Source: Candidatus Sericytochromatia bacterium (GTDB lineage Bacteria; Cyanobacteriota; Sericytochromatia; S15B-MN24; UBA4093). From it: DNA of 11,378 nt. The stretch spans positions 1-11,378 of the forward strand of contig JAKFCT010000024.1 in the NCBI GenBank assembly GCA_036676495.1, in the 5' to 3' direction. The position numbers and the translations under genes were made by a program. A model generated the notes under the pieces. It did no database searches and had not been told where the DNA came from. It saw nothing but the letters and a program-made list of their open reading frames with translations. Numbering within the stretch: position 1 is the stretch's first letter; every line of letters begins with the position of its first letter. Below are positions 8,701-11,378 of this stretch, piece after piece.

Positions 8701-8722
8701 GCTCCTAGCATGCCATATGCGA

Positions 8723-8761
8723 CGGGGGATCGGCCATCCCCCGCGCGGCATGGGCTGCCGC
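8723..8761. other. Two tandem GC-rich hairpins between the glutaredoxin-like gene and tex
   Basis: CGGGGGAT/ATCCCCCG (8723-8743) and GCGGCA/TGCCGC (8745-8761); no U-tract. Confidence 0.35.
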
Positions 8762-8782
8762 CGGGGGAGAGGCGACCGGGTT

Positions 8783-9037
8783 TCAGACCTTGGCCTTGGC
8801 GTACTTCTGGGAAAGATAAGGTAGAATCTTCTCCTCGTCGTCCAGGACCGTGTCGCCGTCCACGAGGACCGGGACGGCCCGCTGCCCGGAGATCTGCTCG
8901 ACTTCCTGGCGCTGGCTCTTGTCGCGCGGCACGTTGATGTTAATGTAGGTGATCTGCAGCTCGCTGAGCTTCTCGCGGACCTGCTTGCAGTAGGGGCAGG
9001 ATTCGAACTGGTAGAGCTTCATCATGCTTTCAGGCAT
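8783..9037 (-). CDS. Glutaredoxin-like / GST N-terminal thioredoxin-fold protein
   Basis: KLYQFESCPYCKQVR (CPYC), SGQRAVPVLVD (cis-Pro loop); RBS AAAGGAGAGG before ATG 9037. Confidence 0.92.
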   Translation of the reverse strand: MPESMMKLYQFESCPYCKQVREKLSELQITYININVPRDKSQRQEVEQISGQRAVPVLVDGDTVLDDEEKILPYLSQKYAKAKV

Positions 9038-9064
9038 ACGATCCTCTCCTTTCGCACCGGCCTC

Positions 9065-9093
9065 AGCCTATCGACATCGGGCGCGCGGCTCAA
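9065..9093 (-). promoter_or_regulatory. Candidate sigma70-type promoter for the glutaredoxin-like gene
   Basis: TTGAGC (9093-9088) - 17 nt - TAGGCT (9070-9065) on the minus strand, just upstream of the RBS. Confidence 0.5.
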
Positions 9094-9209
9094 GGTTCTC
9101 CTGGCCGGCTTCGCGAGAGGCCGGGCCGATTTCCGAGGCCCGAGTGTTTTCATCTTCCCCCCGACCTGCTCTCATGGGAGGGGATCGGTGAAGATGAGAG
9201 GAGGCCGTC

Positions 9210-9542
9210 ATGGCGGAAACCTCAGCCCGCAAGATCAACGTGGCGCACTCGGAGCAGGGCTCTCGGGGGCAGAAATGCCTGGCCTCGGGAAGCAGCGTGG
9301 GGATGCGGCTCTGGGAGAACGAGAGGCCCGGCGAGTCCAAGCCGGTGACCCGGCGGGACTACGAGACCGTGGGCTACGTCCTCTCGGGACGGGCCGAGTT
9401 GCACATCGAAGAGCAGATGCTCAAGCTCGAGCCCGGGGATTCCTGGGTGGTGCCCCGGGGCGCCGCGCACACGTACAAGATTTTGGAACCCTTCACGGCC
9501 ATCGAGGCGACGGCCCCGCCGTCCAGCCAGCAGCCGGAATAA
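9210..9542 (+). CDS. Small cupin-domain protein
   Basis: YETVGYVLSGRAELHIE and LEPGDSWVVPRGAAHTY cupin motifs; GAGGAGG RBS at 9198-9204. Confidence 0.9.
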   Translation: MAETSARKINVAHSEQGSRGQKCLASGSSVGMRLWENERPGESKPVTRRDYETVGYVLSGRAELHIEEQMLKLEPGDSWVVPRGAAHTYKILEPFTAIEATAPPSSQQPE

Positions 9543-9584
9543 CCAGCCCGGGGGCGATCGCCCGCCCCCACTCAAGGAGGAAGA

Positions 9585-10124
9585 TTGGACAACCTGTATA
9601 ACTACCCGCTTGGCGATCGGTTCCCCGAGGAATCCGCCGTGGTCATCGAGATCACCAAGGGGTCCCGCAACAAGTACGAGTACGACGCGACCTACGGTGC
9701 GATCCGGTTGGACCGCGTGCTCTCCAGCCCGCTTCACTACGTGGCCGAGTACGGTTTCTTCCCCCAGACGCTCGCCGGCGACGGGGACCCCGCGGACGTC
9801 CTGGTGCCCATGGAGGAACCCACGTTCCCCGGCTGCATCATCGAGGTCCGGCCGGTCGGACTGCTGAAGATGGAAGACGAGAAGGGGGAGGACTACAAGA
9901 TCCTCGCCGTGCCGGTGGGCGATCGCCGCTACGCCGAGGTGACCCAGCTCGATCACCTGCCTCCGCACCTCCTGCTCGAGATCGAGCACTTCTTCACGGT
10001 CTACAAGAACCTCGACGGCCTCTACCCCTCGGTTTCCGGCTGGGAGAACGAGCGTAAGGCCAAGGAGTACCTGAGGACCTGCCACGAGACCTACCTGAAG
10101 GTCTGCGCCGAGTCGCAAGCCTGA
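9585..10124 (+). CDS. ppa: Family I soluble inorganic pyrophosphatase
   Basis: IEITKGSRNKYEYD, LDRVL, YGFFPQTLAGDGDPADVLV (DxDPxD), DEKGEDYKILAVP, IEHFFTVYK; TTG start after AAGGAGG. Confidence 0.96.
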   Translation: MDNLYNYPLGDRFPEESAVVIEITKGSRNKYEYDATYGAIRLDRVLSSPLHYVAEYGFFPQTLAGDGDPADVLVPMEEPTFPGCIIEVRPVGLLKMEDEKGEDYKILAVPVGDRRYAEVTQLDHLPPHLLLEIEHFFTVYKNLDGLYPSVSGWENERKAKEYLRTCHETYLKVCAESQA

Positions 10125-10130
10125 TCCGCG

Positions 10131-10155
10131 AGCCCGCCAGAACCTCTGGCGGGCT
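10131..10155 (+). other. 11-bp hairpin between ppa and def (mRNA-stabilising or attenuating stem)
   Basis: AGCCCGCCAGA-acc-TCTGGCGGGCT, followed by only one further T. Confidence 0.5.
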
Positions 10156-10193
10156 TCCGCATCTCCCCTGCCTGCCCCCTCGAAGGAGACCTC

Positions 10194-10745
10194 ATGGCCC
10201 TGCTCAAGATTGCCAAGCTCGGAACCCCGATCCTGCGGGAGGTCGCCCAGGAGCTGAGCCCGGAAACGCTGGCGCTTCCGGAAACCCAGGCCTTCATCGA
10301 TGATCTGATCGAGACCTTGCGGGATGCCAATGGCCTCGGCCTGGCCGCTCCCCAGGTCTACCGGTCGATCTCCATCGTGGCCATCGAAGGCAAAGGGCGA
10401 AACCCGCGCTACCCTGACGCTCCGCCAATTCCCCTCACGGTCCTGGTCAATCCGCGCTTCACCATGCTCTCCGAGGAGAAGGTCTGGGGCTACGAGGGGT
10501 GCCTGAGCATCGACAACCTGCGGGGCAACGTCGCCCGCTCCACCGAGGTCGTCGTCGAGGCGCTCGATCGTCACGGCACCCCCCTGCGCATCGAGACCGG
10601 CGGCTTCTTCGCCGTGGTGCTCCAGCACGAGATCGACCACCTCTTCGGCACGCTCTTCGTGGACCGGGCCGATCCCACGACCTTCGCCCACCAGCGCGAG
10701 TTCGACCGTCACGTCCTGCAAGCTCCCGTACCCATCACGGAGTAG
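10194..10745 (+). CDS. def: Peptide deformylase
   Basis: All three PDF motifs: GLGLAAPQ, EGCLS, QHEIDHLFG; AAGGAG RBS. Confidence 0.96.
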   Translation: MALLKIAKLGTPILREVAQELSPETLALPETQAFIDDLIETLRDANGLGLAAPQVYRSISIVAIEGKGRNPRYPDAPPIPLTVLVNPRFTMLSEEKVWGYEGCLSIDNLRGNVARSTEVVVEALDRHGTPLRIETGGFFAVVLQHEIDHLFGTLFVDRADPTTFAHQREFDRHVLQAPVPITE

Positions 10746-10758
10746 CGCACGTGGTTGA

Positions 10759-10864
10759 TGGCTCGGTCCGGAATGGAGTGGCTCGGTCCAGTCGGAACCG
10801 TCCTCCACGGATCTCGATAATGAAGTGGCTCGGTCCGGTCGGATCGGTCCTCCGCGGATCTCGA
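10759..10864. repeat. Degenerate tandem direct repeat: two 46-nt copies at 47-nt period plus one partial copy
   Basis: 10772-10817 versus 10819-10864 match at 41/46. The core TGGCTCGGTCC occurs three times (10759, 10779, 10826). Confidence 0.85.
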
Positions 10865-10871
10865 ACGCTTC

Positions 10872-10901
10872 CCCAGGCTAGAGTTTGGATTCTAGCCTGG
10901 G
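10872..10901. other. Perfect 11-bp hairpin, possibly the def 3' stem or the left boundary of the downstream element
   Basis: CCCAGGCTAGA (10872-10882) / TCTAGCCTGGG (10891-10901), 8-nt loop; no U-tract. Confidence 0.55.
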
Positions 10902-10910
10902 CCTGGGGAT

Positions 10911-11378
10911 CCGGGCCTTGCTGAGGTGGCCTGGGGGTCGGGGCCCCTGTCTCTTCGGGCCAAAGCGTTGGGTATCAAGCCTATCCCCGGGCCCTCGTGA
11001 CCTCCCCGACTCGTTGCGGCCCGGCACGCTAGTCGAGAGTCCGCTTGAGGACTCGACCGCCCTTCCCTCGCCATCATTGCCAAGATTCCCCTTCGCTTCG
11101 GAAACATCCGGCGGGGAAACACCCGACGGTGCCCGTGCCTGCCTTCGGGCACATGAAGGAAGGCTGCCGGTCACACTCTCGGCGGGCTCAGCTTCGAGAG
11201 CTGCCGTGTTCTTCGTCAAACGGATCACGAAAACTCCGATGGCCACCCGTTGTGGGAGGGAAGGGCGGTCGAGTCCATCAGCGCCCCCTCGACAGCGGGC
11301 CGGGCCGCGACGGAGTGGCAACGCGCAGGATGCGCTAGGGCGGCGAAGGCCACGGATGGCCGAGAGCCGCCGTCTCGG
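10911..11378 (+). ncRNA. Candidate large structured non-coding RNA or palindromic repeat element, unclassified, probably truncated by the window end
   Basis: Long-range pairing of 11009-11076 with 11251-11316, including a perfect 21-bp helix (11049-11069 / 11256-11276); inner hairpins including TGCC-TTCG-GGCA; two terminal GGA-loop hairpins; no credible ORF. The pairing is seen directly; RNA status and strand are inferred. Confidence 0.5.

Noticed and set aside
9222-10808. 528-aa minus-strand ORF across cupin, ppa and def
   Set aside because: Antisense to three well-supported genes; no motifs; composition typical of a reverse-frame artefact.
10759-10864. CRISPR array
   Set aside because: Only two full units, contiguous, with no unique spacers and no cas genes in the window.
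10878-11338. ORFs 10878..11321 (-), 10892..11152 (-) and 11045..11338 (+)
   Set aside because: Arg/Pro/Gly/Ser-rich, no domain motifs or convincing RBS; the region is better explained by base pairing.
10911-11378. RNase P RNA, tmRNA, SRP RNA, 6S RNA, cobalamin riboswitch or group II intron
   Set aside because: No GAGGAAAGUCC, no tRNA-like T-arm/CCA end, no CAGG-GNRA-AGCAG helix (GAAGGAAGGCTGCC at 11155 is only superficially SRP-like), no large central bubble, no B12 core, no domain V. Judged by eye; an Rfam scan is still needed.

Overview
High-GC bacterial chromosomal segment with ten supportable protein genes and a ~630 bp non-coding right end. From left to right: a methyl-accepting chemotaxis protein (minus strand, runs off the left edge, missing from the ORF track); a receiver + LuxR/NarL-HTH response regulator divergent from a CHASE-domain histidine kinase; a tightly coupled minus-strand cluster of tex, a histidine phosphatase and an SNF2/SMARCAL1-like helicase; a CPYC glutaredoxin-like protein; and a plus-strand cluster of cupin, ppa and def. 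The least explained part is 10746-11378. It holds a degenerate 47-bp-period tandem repeat and then a heavily base-paired element: a ~300-nt rod with a perfect 21-bp long-range helix, a C(UUCG)G tetraloop, and two GGA-loop hairpins shaped like CsrA/RsmA sites. The element probably continues past the window edge and matches no housekeeping RNA I can recognise. All calls come from reading motifs by eye; no searches or folding programs were run.
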